A DNA stretch of 64,000 nt from Octopus bimaculoides (Eukaryota), in the NCBI RefSeq assembly GCF_001194135.2, contig NC_068996.1, positions 55,427,931 to 55,491,930 on the forward strand. Reading direction: 5' to 3'. Shown one piece after another: positions 1 through 13,230 of the stretch. The notes beneath the pieces are model-generated. The model saw only the letters and a program-made list of their open reading frames with translations. It had not been told where the DNA came from and ran no database searches. Every line of letters begins with the position of its first letter. Positions within the stretch are counted from its first letter, which is position 1. Position numbers and translations under genes: made by a program.

Positions 1-120
1 ACTCTAAAAAGGACAGGGTGGTTATGGCTGGGACACCTCTGATCATAGATCAGCTCCTATTAGAGTTGACCTGGGGTTAAACAAAAAGAAGAATTTTTCA
101 TTAAAAAAAGAAAATCAAGT

Positions 121-359
121 TTAACTCTTCAATGACCATATTTAGGATGAAATACGGTAATTTTTTAATTAACTTATGAAGAACTCTGAAAGATTTAGAA
201 AATAACATTTTTTTTTTATTAATCTCAAGTCTTGGACATAACAAAAGGTTCATACATATAATTAAGATCTAAGGATTTAATTAAAATAACAACACTTTAA
301 AATGGACAATTTTGTGTCATAGAAGAGGAGCAGTCTGAGGAGGGGGCCAAACGGGTTAA
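121..359. mobile_element. Possible degenerate TTAA-bounded non-autonomous DNA element (MITE-like)
   Basis: Starts ttaactcttc and ends aacgggttaa, an imperfect TTAA-CCC..GGG-TTAA pattern reminiscent of piggyBac-type ends. AT-rich interior. Confidence 0.3.
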
Positions 360-1451
360 TTTAAAAAGAAAAAAGTTTCAAAATATGTAGTTATTGAAAA
401 TGGAATGGAACAAAGGAATAAATATTGATTACTAACTAAATTCCAAAGCCAAACATTTTGGGATGAGGTTGGAGTAAATTAAAATGACCCCATACTTTGA
501 TTGGTCCTTTTATTATAAGAATCTCAGAAGGATGAGTTGTAAAAATTAATGTTAGCCTTCTATTCTAATTGCATTGGCATCTAAGATATTTTATAGGAAT
601 ATTAAATCTATCCCAGAAGGATGAAAGACAAAGTAAGTCTTTGTCTTCTATAATAATTCCATTCACATCAAGAATGTTTCATAGGAATATTAAATCTATC
701 CTGGTATTTTGCTGATACCTTTTTTATTATCAACCCCACAAGGATAAAAGGTAATGTTGACTTTTGTAGTATTTGAACTAAGAATAAATGGTTCTAAATA
801 AATGCCTTATGAGATCTGTGTGTATCTATCTACATCCAGGGCTTTGTAATCTCTATCTTTAAGGTCATAAATCATCATCATAAATATTAAAAGAAATTTT
901 TTTTTATTTGCTGTTATTATCATTGCCATTATTTAACATCCATGTACCATGCTAGCACGGTTGGACAATTTGACCAGGTTAAGTCCCAGGATTGCATTAT
1001 GCTTCCATGTGTTAAGCAAGATTTCTGCAGTCGTACATGCATGCAAGCCTCCACTCTTTCCATGTCACCAATGTTTAGTTAAGGGAAGTGGCCATCAATT
1101 TTGGCCAATGCAGGTTGTTATAGGTGTTGCTGTCAGAAAGTAAAGATTGCAGATATCGTAAGACGCCTTTGCCCAAACCCTCAAATAGTTTCACTAATCC
1201 ATTGCCCTGAAATTGTGCTTTGTTATTGACCTAGGAAGGATGAAAGGCAAAGTTGATTTTGCTGGGATTTGAACCAGGAGAACAGGGAGTGGGAAGAAAT
1301 ATCACGAGACATCCCATGCTTTCACAACTCTGCCACTTCACTGCTGCCTTTGCCTTTTAATAATAATAATCCTTTTTACAATAGGCACAGGGCCAGCAAT
1401 TCAGTCCAGGCATAATAATAATAATCATAATAATAATAATAATAATAATAA

Positions 1452-1760
1452 AAGAAAACAAACACATGCATACTGATTGGCATCACGATCCCTTCTGATG
1501 AAAATATTGTCAGAATTGAGGTGGAGAAACTCAAAATATAAAGATCTTGAAATATATTAGAATAGAAATATTCAAGCTGTGGTGGATGAAGGTGAAAATG
1601 ACACCATTAGTAATTGGAGCACAAGGTTTGAGTTCAGAAAAGATAAAAAGAAACACGAGAGTCACACCAGGTCTCACAACACTACACACTGTCCTAAAAA
1701 TAATTCCGCTAGGAACAGCCCCTGTTTTGCACAAGATGCTATCGATTCAATAAAATAGCT
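1452..1760 (+). mobile_element. R4/Dong-like non-LTR retrotransposon, 3' fragment (restriction-like endonuclease tail)
   Basis: Broken translation ...IPSDENIVRIEVEKLK / IEIFKLWWMKVKMTPLVIGAQGL...LGTAPVLHKML matches the C-terminal pattern of R4-clade ORFs (EKxxKYxDL..MW..VP.VIGALG..LGTA.IL). Begins directly after an (AAT)n tract. Confidence 0.75.
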
Positions 1761-1840
1761 CAAATAGAACAATTTTCACAGACAACAAATACCGTGTACA
1801 ATAAGCAGCTAATAATCTAAAACAACACAACCTCATGAAA

Positions 1841-2100
1841 CATCACCATCATCATCATTGTTTAACATCCGTTTTTCATGCTGGCATGGGTTAGAAGGCT
1901 TGACAGAGGTCTGAGAAGCAAGGAGGCTGCACCAGGCCCCAATCTGATCTGGCAATGTTTCTACAGCTGGATGCCCTTCCTAACGCCAACCACTCTGAGA
2001 GTATAGTAGGTGTTTTTTACATGTCACTAGCACAGGGGCCAGGGGAGGCTGGTAACGGCCACAATCAGATGGTGCTTATTAGGTGCCACTGGCACAGAAG
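1841..2100 (-). mobile_element. Family A retroposon copy ((GAT)n-tailed, RTE-like 3' end)
   Basis: (CAT)n followed by tttaacatccg..ctacagctggatgcccttcctaacgccaaccactc, the reverse complement of the copies at 12581, 14325 and 36005. Confidence 0.75.
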
Positions 2101-2209
2101 TCAGTCAATCAGTCAGTCAGTCTGCAAATCTACCCAAGAAAAACTTATGATAATTCTTTCTATTTGTATAGGTATAAGGCCTGAAATCTCAAGGAAGGGG
2201 TTTAGCTGA

Positions 2210-2375
2210 TTATATTGACCCCAGTGTTAAACTGGAATTTTATTTTATTGACCTCATAAAAATGAAAGGCTAAGTTGATCTTGATGGTATTTGAACTCAG
2301 AACATAAAGATAGATGAAATGCTGCTAAGTATTTTGTCCAACATGCTAATGGTTCTGCCAGCTGACTACTGCCTT
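2210..2375 (-). mobile_element. Degenerate SINE (family C, Nin/Deu-like central domain)
   Basis: Reverse-complement homology to the younger copy at 12315-12525 (atgaaaggc.aagttga..gg.atttgaactcagaac). Further decayed copies lie near 700-800, 1190-1345 and 2770-2930. Confidence 0.6.
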
Positions 2376-2930
2376 AATAATAAGTGGGTGGGTGGAGGGG
2401 TATCATAGCCATGTGTTGAGAGAAATTCTTTGGGGTTTGAATAATTCACCTTTGTAAACATGGGTGTTTTGCTCAATATCCTTAAACAAACCTTATTCAG
2501 GGACCTTTTGAGTGGGATGGGCTACTCAACCTGAAGAAAATTCTAACTGGGCCCCACCTGCAAGGTCATGCACTGTTTTTCTTGATATGAGATCACCATG
2601 TCGCACACATATGGTTGTGATGCATGTGCCTGGTGTACCCTTGTCAGACGGGTACATCATGATGGGTATACTGGGCTTCGTATATTTTACCCCAGTGTCA
2701 CTTTCATAGTATGCACTGCTCTCACACTCAATAACAATTTTGGAATAAGGCCAGCATTTTTGGGGGAGGGATAAATTGATCCCAGTACTCAACTGGTACT
2801 TATTTATTGACCCTGAAAGGATGCAAAACAAAGTTGTTCTTGGCAAAATTTAAACTCAGAATATAAATATGAACTATGATGCTGCTAAGTATTTTTCCCA
2901 GCATTCTAACAATTCTGTCAGCTCACCACT

Positions 2931-2964
<34 letters not shown>

Positions 2965-2974
2965 GTAATAAGGT

Positions 2975-3260
2975 ACTGTAAGGAGCTGTTTGTTGATTAG
3001 TTTAACTTGATCAGATCATTACATCAAAGGTAAAGAAAATGAGAAAATCATAAAATATGCAGACTTGAGAATAGATGTTGGGAGAATGTGGAATATGAAA
3101 GAATGGTATGAACTGTGATTGGGGCATTTGGGTCAGCAATGAAAATCTTTGAGAAACACCTTTGCACAATTGAAAACTCTCCCAGCATTGATATGGGAAA
3201 AGATAACACTTTTGGAAATAGCAAATATTCTGTGGTAAGTATTGTCTATGTGAGGTTTAT
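2975..3260 (+). mobile_element. R4/Dong-like LINE 3' fragment (copy 2)
   Basis: Encodes KENEKIIKYADLRIDVGRMWNMKE...KITLLEIANILW. Follows (AAT)n at ~2931-2970. Confidence 0.7.
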
Positions 3261-3284
3261 ATCACTTTGGAAATGAAGGAATAA

Positions 3285-3705
3285 TAGCAACAACTTTGTT
3301 GGATAAAGGTACCGTAACAAAGTGTTTGTTGATTGAGGTAGCTTGTCAAGGAGATTATTATATCAATGGTGAAGAAAATGAGAAAATTGTACAATATGCA
3401 GACAGGAGAATAGCTGTTAAGAGAATGTGGAATATGAAAACAAGAGCGGTACCAATTGTAATTAGAGCACTTGGGTTGGTGATGAAAAATCTTCAGAAAC
3501 CCCTTGATACAATTGGAGTCTGTCCCAGCATTACAAAATTACAAAAGGCAACACATTTGAAAACAGCAAATATCCCATGGTAAGTACTGTTTGAGGTTAC
3601 ACAACTTGATAAGGAATTAATCAAATGATCCCGTATTATCATTATACTGATAATACGGATCAAATGATCCAGTATTATCATCACTGTGCAAATGAAGGAA
3701 TAATA
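3285..3705 (+). mobile_element. R4/Dong-like LINE 3' fragment (copy 3) with 3' UTR
   Basis: ORF 3296-3583: KCLLIEVAC...EENEKIVQYADRRIAVKRMWNMKTRAVPIVIRALG...LQKATHLKTANI. Ends aaatgaaggaataataa, like copy 2. Confidence 0.8.
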
Positions 3706-4483
3706 ATAAAATTACAACATTTAGAATATTAAATTTTTTACTTACTGTAAAATATAAACAGCTCGGTCAATATCAGACAAATCTTCTGCAACAGTAAGAG
3801 ACTCAAGTTCTTCATTGCTCTACAAGGAATTTGGTAAAAATAGAGATTATTCAAGAGAATCCAAACTTTGTCCAATAATTAACTCTTAAATTAATAAATT
3901 AATTTAGATTTAATTTCATTTAAGCATTACTATACAATTGAACAGAGAAAGAAATTCATGTTTAAACATTGAATATAAAGCTAAACAGTAATAGATTTTT
4001 TCACTTCATTTTACCATTTTATATCCATATTTCTGGGTTGGCTCTGGTGAAATGGCTTTTATTATGAATTTAGACATTTTCAAAGTCACCTTACCTCTGT
4101 CTCAACTTAAATACTCTCTCACTTAACCAAGGAGGCTTTTTTCTTTTTCCTCACAAGTGCTAGTGCCACACACACACACACACACACAAAAAAGCCTCCA
4201 TTATGCACTGTAAAATGGTTGGTTTTAGGAAACGAATCCAGACATCAAAACAATGACAATGCTGATACAGAGCATGATGCAGCCATGTGACTTGCTGGAT
4301 CCTGTCAAAGTATCTAACAGTTGCCGGCACAGGAAAATGGATGTTAGATGATCATGATTGATGATGGTTGAAAAAAAAAGCATCAGATGAGTAAAGTGAG
4401 ATTACCCCAGGAGAGTGGAGTACTCAACGTTTCCCACAACAATTCTCTCCCTTTTTCCAAATAGTGCTAGTCTTGGAGATGCA

Positions 4484-4707
4484 GATTAGATTTTGGGATT
4501 GATCTGGTACCGGACAAGGATTCTGGATTATTTTTCCCTGTTATTTTACTTAATTTTTGAGAGTGGTCGGGTTCATTTTTAGTATACTCGTTAGTGAGAG
4601 CAGTCGAGTTTATTTCAGATATTCTCATTTTAAAAATCATCTCTAGCTAAAAGAGAGGATATTGGTGCTGCCATGGCAGAGGTTTGCGCTCTCTGAGTGC
4701 TCTTGTT
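4484..4707 (+). mobile_element. 3' half of a possible Helentron-associated non-autonomous element
   Basis: Terminal tggcagaggtttgcgctctctgagtgctc resembles the subterminal GGCGGAGG motif plus small hairpin (gcgctc-tct-gagtgc) of Helentron-type non-autonomous elements. Recognised from memory only. Confidence 0.35.
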
Positions 4708-5418
4708 ATTGTTATTTAACTCTAGGTCAGCCTTGGTTCAATGAACCCATGATCAAAGACATTCCAAGTCAACCAATTCCATCTTTTATTCAGACATGCT
4801 ATACCAAGGACTTCCAATTCTTCCAAGATGGTAGGATGTTATTTCAGGGAAAACTGGCTGCTATTTCTGATAAGGGATCCTGGAGAGTTTCCCATGTTTA
4901 CTTATTATGTTTAGTTCATGCTAATCCACCCTGACCTGGCAGACTTATAATCAAAGACACTCTGGTCATGACCAACCCAGAGTAAGATTTAATATGTTCT
5001 TTCTTCTTTAAGATTGCAATATCGGATTTGGTGAAATTTGACTATATTTAACAAGCTGGGAAGTTTGATAAAGGCTTGTTTATTGACTTATGATGATAAT
5101 GATGGTGGTGATGATGATGATGATGAGAGAAGTGATAATGATGGGAATAACAATGGCTATTGTCTGTGACAACAGGAATGATGAAGATGGTAGCAATAGC
5201 AACAATAATAACAATAATGATCATGATGATGATTATGCAGTAAATATCTAATTAATTAGTTAATTAGATATCAACATTGTCATGACCTCTGACATTAAGA
5301 AAAAAGAAAAGGAAGAAAAATTGTAAATCAAACATTTTTAATTGGGTCACCATGTGACCTCTAAGATCCCATTTTGAAGTACTCCCCATCTTCAAAGCTA
5401 TGTGTATGTATGTATATT

Positions 5419-5422
<4 letters not shown>

Positions 5423-5484
<62 letters not shown>
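5423..5484. repeat. (TG)n microsatellite
   Basis: Direct observation. Confidence 0.98.
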
Positions 5485-5488
<4 letters not shown>

Positions 5489-7107
5489 CATGCAAGTATG
5501 TATGTGCATGAATATATATATATAATGTATATATTGTAGATTGATTACGTGCCTGCTAACCGCATGTCTAAATAATATTCTTGAAAGTGGCCATGACTTT
5601 CAAGGCAACAATGATGTCCATTGTGTTTAATTTTATTATGACTCTTTGACAATTCTGAAATAGATAACAATAATTTACACACACACACACACACACGCAA
5701 ACACTCTCACACACTGAATATGAAACACAACAATCTCACTTGTGTACATTATCCATCCAAACCACCAGTTTATAAAACTTTAAAATCCTATGGACACTGC
5801 ACTTCCTGTCTCTTTTGAAGTATAATAAAAAGTGTTCTCCCTTTGAAAATCAATGGTTGACTTTGATTCCATAGAGCAGAGTAGATGTTGCTGTTGACAG
5901 AATATCTGTTTATTACAAGTAACATTTCCAACTGAAATGGTGGTACCTACATTTTTGACAGCTAGGTAAAGTGAAGTAATATAGAAAATGGTGTTGCATA
6001 TGGGGACCTAATTATCATCTCAAGAGTAATTAAAAAAAACAAATCATTATCACTTCATTCAGCTATTATGATCTGTTCACAATTATTTATTCATTAGCAA
6101 TGGTTTAAGTAGTAATTGATTTTGAGCCAAGGTTTTATGACTGGATGCTTTTCCTGTCAGGTAAAGAATTTTTATATCCCACAAGTCTCTGAAGCTGCAG
6201 AGTGACCAGTCATAATATCAACATGTCCAGAATATTTGCTGTAAAAAATTTCACCATAAGACAAATCCTTTATATGGACAATGATAAAGTGTTGTTATAT
6301 CTACATTTTAAATAAAATCATAAAATGTTTTGTAAAAGAATTAAATAGGCAAGTTTTTATTTGACATCAAACATTAAAAATTAACATGAGGCAATTTAAA
6401 ATGAAACTTCTTATGGCTAAAATGTTTATGGTGAAATTTCCTACAAGTAATGGCAAAATCAACGGCACTTTATTATAAGCAGTGACAAACATTCATGCTT
6501 ATTTACACACACACACACAAACATAATACGGTTTTTGTTTCTCAATTTCACAAGGCATTGGTCAGCTCGGTACAATTATAGAAAGTGCTGCATTGCCAGT
6601 CTGAATCTGAATCCATACGGCTGAAAAGTAAATTCCTCAGCCATACTCAGTCATGATATAATAAATTACATTTTAATCATATTCTTGCAACATGGCCATG
6701 GTATTTCAGGAAAGTGGCTCCTCACTAAGATACATCAGAGAAGTTCCACTCTCTCTCACACACACACATGTGTGTGTGTATGTGTGTTGGACTCTCTTGT
6801 CATAAACAAAAGATAAGTGTTCTTCAATTTCTTGCTCAACGACCTGCAGAAATGATTTGTTTAGAGTTATTAAATGTTAATGTTGTACATTAGCTCATTC
6901 CTGTCATCAAATCAATGTCACTTGAATAGGTGTGTGGCCTACTTCATGTCAGGTATTGAAGTGATTGCAGAGCAATGTAAAATGGAAGTGGTTTGCTCAA
7001 GAATACAATGTACCACCTAGTTTAGGAATTGAAACCATGAGCTCATCATCACGAGTGCAAAACCCTAACACTAGAGCAAATGTAAATATGTGTGTGTATG
7101 TGTACAG

Positions 7108-7291
7108 AGGTGCAGGTGTGGCTGTCTAGTAAGAAGATTGCTTCCCAACCACATGGTTCTGGGTTCAGTCCCACTGCATTGCATCTTGGGCAAATGTCTT
7201 CTACTATACCCTTAGGGCGACCAAAGCCTTGTGAGGGGATTTGGTAGACGGAAATTGAAAGAAGCCTGTTGTATGTGTGTGTGTGTGTGTG

Positions 7292-7322
<31 letters not shown>

Positions 7323-7560
7323 GTGCATCCATATATATTTATATGTGTGTCTTGGCGTCTGTGTTTGTCTGCACCACCATCACTTGACAACCGATGTTGG
7401 TGTGTTTATGTTCCTGAAATTTAGCAGCTCGGCAAAAGAGACTGATAGAATAAGTCGTAGGTTTACAAAGAATAAGACCAGGAATCGATTTCTGTCACTA
7501 AAGACGGTGCTCCAGCATGGCCACAGTTAAATGACTGAAACATGTAAAAACAAAAAAAAA
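7108..7560 (+). mobile_element. Family B tRNA-derived SINE with internal (TG)n(TA)n tract
   Basis: A-box-like tggctgtctagt, B-box-like ggttcagtccc, conserved body cttgggcaa.tgtcttctactata, and 3' tail ggtgctccagcatggcc.cagt.aaatgactgaaac. Homologous to copies at 18314, 35140 and 41058. Confidence 0.85.
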
Positions 7561-8772
7561 ATGCATATACTTAATGTATATGCTTTGTGTATTTTCTGGT
7601 GGCTGTTATGATGTAGTGGAGTATATAACTCTCATGTTGCCGATGTTAAAACAACTTAGAGTCAGAGACAGGCAAAATAACTTGCCTTCAATCCCATCTG
7701 GGAGTGATGGACATTGATGTTTCACCATTTTTGTGGTTTTTCAACATCACATACCTGCCTGGGTACATATACATAAATATCAAACAATAAGGAGTGCTCA
7801 GCACTGCTTTGGTATATATAGATTCTTTATATGTGTGTTAAGGCTACCATTGGTTTCATGCTAAGGAATACCTCAATAATTATCAAGCCTATCACAGGGA
7901 AACATTGGTGTTCATCTCCATTTTGGATTAAAGCATAAAAGTCACAGTAAGTTATAATAATATCAACACAAAAATTTTGATAAGGAAAAGCACAAAATAT
8001 CAAAGGGTAACAACCCTTGGATGATTATCTCCCTTGGATTCAACTTTTTGGAAAATTGGAACTCTTGCAAATTTTTATATTCATACCTGCATTAATATTT
8101 AAGCCACACAAAATTTGTGCGCTTAAAAGTTTATATTTATATATATGTGCATCTGGTAGCCAAATGTTTATCACATGTTATGGTATCAAAATTTTGCAGT
8201 TTTTGTAATTTCATGAATTATTAGTTTGTGTTTTTTTTAAATGTAATATTCATGGATTAGTATACATATTTTTTTGTTTGAGTCTATGTATTATGTGATT
8301 TTTGTGCATCCACATGTACATGCACACAAACATGTAGCTGAATACATATGCATATATATATATATATGCATACAGAGGTATGCGTATACACACTTTAAAT
8401 GTGTACATTTTGGATGTATACACGATTGTGAAGTTTCACGTATTCAAAGCATATTTTTTGTGCATAATTTCTGGAATTTTACATATCTTGCACATATATT
8501 TTTTACATGTTCATTACATACTGTTACACACATTTCAAAGTTGAATTTGTAAGGCTTTGGAGTTGTTGAATGATATGTTTGTTTATATTATGTAATGTCC
8601 TGGGTATGCACAATGCGCATATATCTGTGCTTGAGGGAGTTCCTCGTGAGGGCACGAGTCTTCTACGTATAAAGTTTTATGATGCATATGCTTAATGTTC
8701 ATGCTCAGAGAAAAAAAAAAAAGCCTATCCTAGTTGGAGCAGCAGAGTGGATAGTGGGTGCTCTTTTAAATA

Positions 8773-9790
8773 TCAGAGTGTAAAATATTGCGTATGCATG
8801 CAGAAAGAGGTTTTATCACTGATATTTAAGATATTAGCATTTGAATGGATAATGTTTAGCTTTTTAGTAAGACAAAGATCATATTTGGTGTGCTGATCCC
8901 TGTATTTTTGGGCTTTAGCAATAATGCTCCAGATTATCGGGGGTGGGGTGTTGCTTACTTCAACATCTTTCAGTGTCCATATCATGTTGGATAGGGATGT
9001 TACATATCTTTTATTTTTGACTCTGAATGATGCCAGGTACTGCATATATCTTTTCTTAAGTTACCTACCATTTCAATCACGTCTTTATTACTTTGTTGGA
9101 GTCTGTGATTTTAGCCTTGTGTACAAGTTTTTTTTTTCTAGACAGCTATTATTCAAAGGACAGTGGTTCAAAGATCTACAATTACAATACCTTTCAGGGG
9201 TATCCCTGGTGGTTTATTCTTATTGTGATTATTATTGACCCTACATTGGGTAGGCAACAATAGCTAACTTTAACAGTATTTCTATTGAAGGTTTTATAGT
9301 ATTTGTGTGAGTGTGGGAAGTGATTATTTATTAGTTTATAAACTTTACTGGCTGTTAGTGGTTACATTCATGCCATAAGGAGGATTGAGCCATAAGATTT
9401 TTTTGTCTTCCTAGTCAACTTACATTTGGTTCAATATAGTTTATACTACTCTTAAAATTGAACCTTTCTAATGCAACATTATATTTGGATTTATTGGAGG
9501 ATAGGTTGGAGATGCACCTGCTAATGTTTTTAACTAATTGTTTAATGACTAACAGTGGGTTGTCGAAGCCTAACTATGTATAAGGTTTCTTCATTTGGCT
9601 TGTGGAAAGGTTTAAATTTACCTGTAATAAAGTCAAATTTAGGGGAGATAATCATACAAGAGTTGTTTACCTTGATGTTTTTCTTTTCTTACTGAAATTC
9701 TCACATGATTTTTATTGTGACTTTCTGTGACTTTTTGTAATTTAATCCAAAATAGAAATGAACACTGATGTTTCCATGTGACAGGTTCAA
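8773..9790 (-). mobile_element. Penelope-like element remnant (RT C-terminal region plus GIY-YIG domain)
   Basis: Minus-strand pieces TGKFKPFHKPNEE, CNCRSLNHCPLNNSCL and TSLSNMIWTLKD..IIWSIIAKAQKY..YDLCLTKKLNII match the Penelope-like ORF C-terminus. Confidence 0.75.
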
Positions 9791-9949
9791 TAGTTTCCTG
9801 AACATGAAACCAGTAGTAGCCTTTATACACACACACACACACACATATGAATTCCAGATAAGAAATTTTCAGCAAATGGAAGCATATGAACAAGTTTCTT
9901 TTGGTGAATTGGAGAAGACCATTGAGCAAATGTATCACACTTTTTACTT

Positions 9950-10006
<57 letters not shown>

Positions 10007-10565
10007 TATCTATCTATATATGTATGTAAACACACACACACACACATATATATATACACACATTAGTATGTGAATATTAGGGGTATAATCCAAGCTGTGT
10101 CCACATAAAACACATCTACATGTTCATGTTAATCCAGTGTATGATGTATATAGATGTTTTATTTCAAATGTGATTTACAGAGCAACTGGAATTTTCGGTG
10201 AATTCATTTTGCAGATTAATTACATACGAAAACAGAAGACTGGAAGTGTTTGGTATATTTTCAATTTCATGTTACATGTATTTCACTTAAGGATAGGTGT
10301 CACAAACATAAACATGTAGTAAAAAAAAACATGTACTGGATCTCCTATCCATAATTCTTGAGACAACGAATAAAAAAATAATACCTTTGTAGCTCATTTC
10401 TTGTAATGAAACATGTATAACATGGAATTAAAAATATACCAAATGTTTCCAGTCTTTTATTTTGATATATTTCTGTGATACATAACTGAATTTAACCTCC
10501 TCCTCCTCATCATCACCGTTTAATGTCCGCTTTCCATGCTGGCAATCATTTATATTTGTTTTGTC

Positions 10566-10603
<38 letters not shown>

Positions 10604-10899
10604 GAAAAAATGTGAAATTGGCACTGTTGATAAGGACTTTGAAGAGAATTGGCAGGGTCATAGGGTGGGATGTTAGAATTTACTATATATATATATATAT
10701 AAATATTTATGTATATTGTATTGGAGTTCTATTGTTGTGTTGGTCTTAAGAATGTTTGTTGGAGAGCTCAGATGGAGAATGCTATAAGTAGAAGAGGTGG
10801 GGTGAAGAGTAGTGTAGAAGTAGGGGTTAGGTGAGGAATCGAGAGACTATGAACAAGAAACAGCTTTAAGTAGTTTTAAGTAGGTGTGGATAAGGAGGA

Positions 10900-11330
10900 G
10901 CAAGTAGGCAAGCAGGCAGAAATTTTAGGAAAATAGTCTGTTACAGTAGTAATACTGTGAAGACTTTGGTGAGATCAAATGTGCCCTGAAGAAATTGTGG
11001 AACCTTCATAAATAGTTAGTGAAAAGCTGACAGTATCAGGGGTGTACTGATTTGGTACGTTTAGAGAATAATCTTCAATATCTTGTTAATCTTCAAGATC
11101 TTGTTAGGTCATTAGGACACACACTAATGACTTCCTGCTTTTGTCTATTGTATATATCTGGAGCAAGTTGACTAGGTCTGGTCTGTCTGTCTCCCACAAG
11201 ATATTTATCAAGATCATACATAGGTATGTACAATAGAAGACATTTTTAAGTAGAGTACATATCAGTGAAGTAGAGACTATGCCTCTCTATGATATAATGT
11301 CTTAGAAATACTACAGATGACTTTTTTATG
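10900..11330 (-). mobile_element. Very degenerate Penelope-like GIY-YIG remnant (tentative)
   Basis: Minus-strand CTLLKNVFYCTYLC..ILWETDR resembles CTSSNVIYCIxC..YIGETxR. A pyrimidine-rich region follows. Confidence 0.3.
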
Positions 11331-12314
11331 TAGTGTATATTTAAAATATCATTACTGGTTCATTTATATATAAATATATGTATAAAAGATAAAGACCCCT
11401 TTCAGACAATGTTACACTGTATTACAGAGTATTTCTACAGATTTTAGCCAACACTCTATGTAATAGACAGATGTAAAAACCCTGTCTTTATTGCAACATC
11501 TGTGTGGACAAAAGAGGGATCGGCATGACTAGCTTCATAAATAATTACCTCATCTTGTCAGATGATAGCTATCTCACATTCAAGTGAGACATCTGTATGT
11601 CATTGAATTTAAGTGACAAAAACTTGACCAATGCTTTAACCATTCTCTCGGTTACCATATTAGGTTCCAGTGACAAGCATTGCAAGGTGACTGCTATTAT
11701 TTTGAATGTAAGTTTTATGTCAGAGTCTCTTTCTCTTGACTTTGTTAGAAATAACAGGAACCTCCTCTATGCTTGGGAAATCTATTAAAACCATAGATAG
11801 GACTAGGGGCAGATACCACTATTCTGGCTCAGAGAAAGAGTAGAGCGCATGAAAGAAATTGAAAATGGCATTATTTACAGTTGGACCCCTTTCCTGTCAT
11901 TAACATATATGTATGCATCTGTGTGTATGTGTGTGTGCATGCAAATGTGTGAGTATGCATGCACACACATAAGCTGTGGTTGCTCAACTATATAGTAATA
12001 GCAGCCAAATCTCACTCACAACACTTCTCCATCTTAGAGAAAATAAGTTTGGATGTTATGGGTTTAGAGACAAACATAAGGAAACATAAAAATATATTGA
12101 ATGTCCATGGTTTCAGTGTCTTTAATCAAAGACATTCATGATCAGGTATAAATGGAGTCAGGCAGTGCATGGTTGGCATAAAATTGCAGAGATGATGGTA
12201 GTTTAAGAACTTTGCTACACAACTGCATGGCACCTTAGACAAGTACCTCACCAAAGCTTCAGGACCAACCAAAGCCTGATAAAGCAATTTAGTAGACAGA
12301 AAGTGAAAGAAGTC

Positions 12315-12525
12315 GGCGAGCTGGCAGAAACGTTAGCATGCCAGGCGAAATGCTTAGCGGTATTTCATCTGTCTTTACGTTCTGAGTTCAAATTCCGCAG
12401 AGGTCGACTCTGACTTTCATCTTTTCGGGATCGATTAAATAAGTACCAGTTACGCACTGGGGTCGATATAATCAACAATCTGTTTGTCCCCTCTGAGTTT
12501 AGCCCCTTCTGGCAATAAAGAAATA
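12315..12525 (+). mobile_element. Young family C SINE (Nin/Deu-like domain) inserted into a family B SINE
   Basis: A/B-box-like head (tggcagaaacgtt; gagttcaaattcc) and ctttcatcttttcgggatcgattaaataagtacc core. Perfect 17-bp TSD agaaagtgaaagaagtc at 12298-12314 and 12526-12542. Confidence 0.85.
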
Positions 12526-12580
12526 AGAAAGTGAAAGAAGTCTGTTAATATATGTATATAGAACCATATATAAAAGAAAC

Positions 12581-12957
12581 GTGATGGCACGTAAATAGCA
12601 CCATTTGAGCGTAATCATTACCAGCGTCGCCTTCCTGGCACCTGTGCCGGTAGCACGTGAAAAGACATTTGAGCGAGGTCGTTGCCAGTACCACTGGACT
12701 GGCTCCTGTGCAGGTAACATGTAAAAAATACCATGTGAGCGTGACCATTGCCAGTACCACCTGACTGGCCTTCGTGTCGGTGGCACGTAAAAAGCACCTA
12801 CTACACTGTTGGACTGGTTGGTGTTAGGAAGGGCATCCAGCTGTAGAAACATTGCCAGATCAAATTGGAGCCTGGTGCAGCCTTCTGGTTCGCCAGTCCT
12901 CAGTCAAATCGTCCAACCCATGCCAGCATGAAAAGCAGACGTTAAACGATGATGATA
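12581..12957 (+). mobile_element. Family A retroposon copy
   Basis: gtgccggtggcacgtaaaaagcacc motif, aggaagggcatccagctgtagaaac, and (GAT)n tail. Confidence 0.85.
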
Positions 12958-13230
12958 TATATATATATATATCCCATGGTCATTCATGAATGAAGGAGGC
13001 CTTTACCCTATGTAAATATAATGGCATGGAGAAGGGACACTGGTATGCATGGGTGACTGTTGGTCTTCTATAAAAACAATCTTGCCTGGACTTGTGCCTT
13101 GGAGGGGAAATTTCTAGGTGCAATCCCGTGGTCATTCATGACTGAAGGGGGTCTTTATCTTTTATACATATATATATATATATATATATATANNNNNNNN
13201 NNNNNNNNNNNNNNNNNNNNNNNNNNNNNN

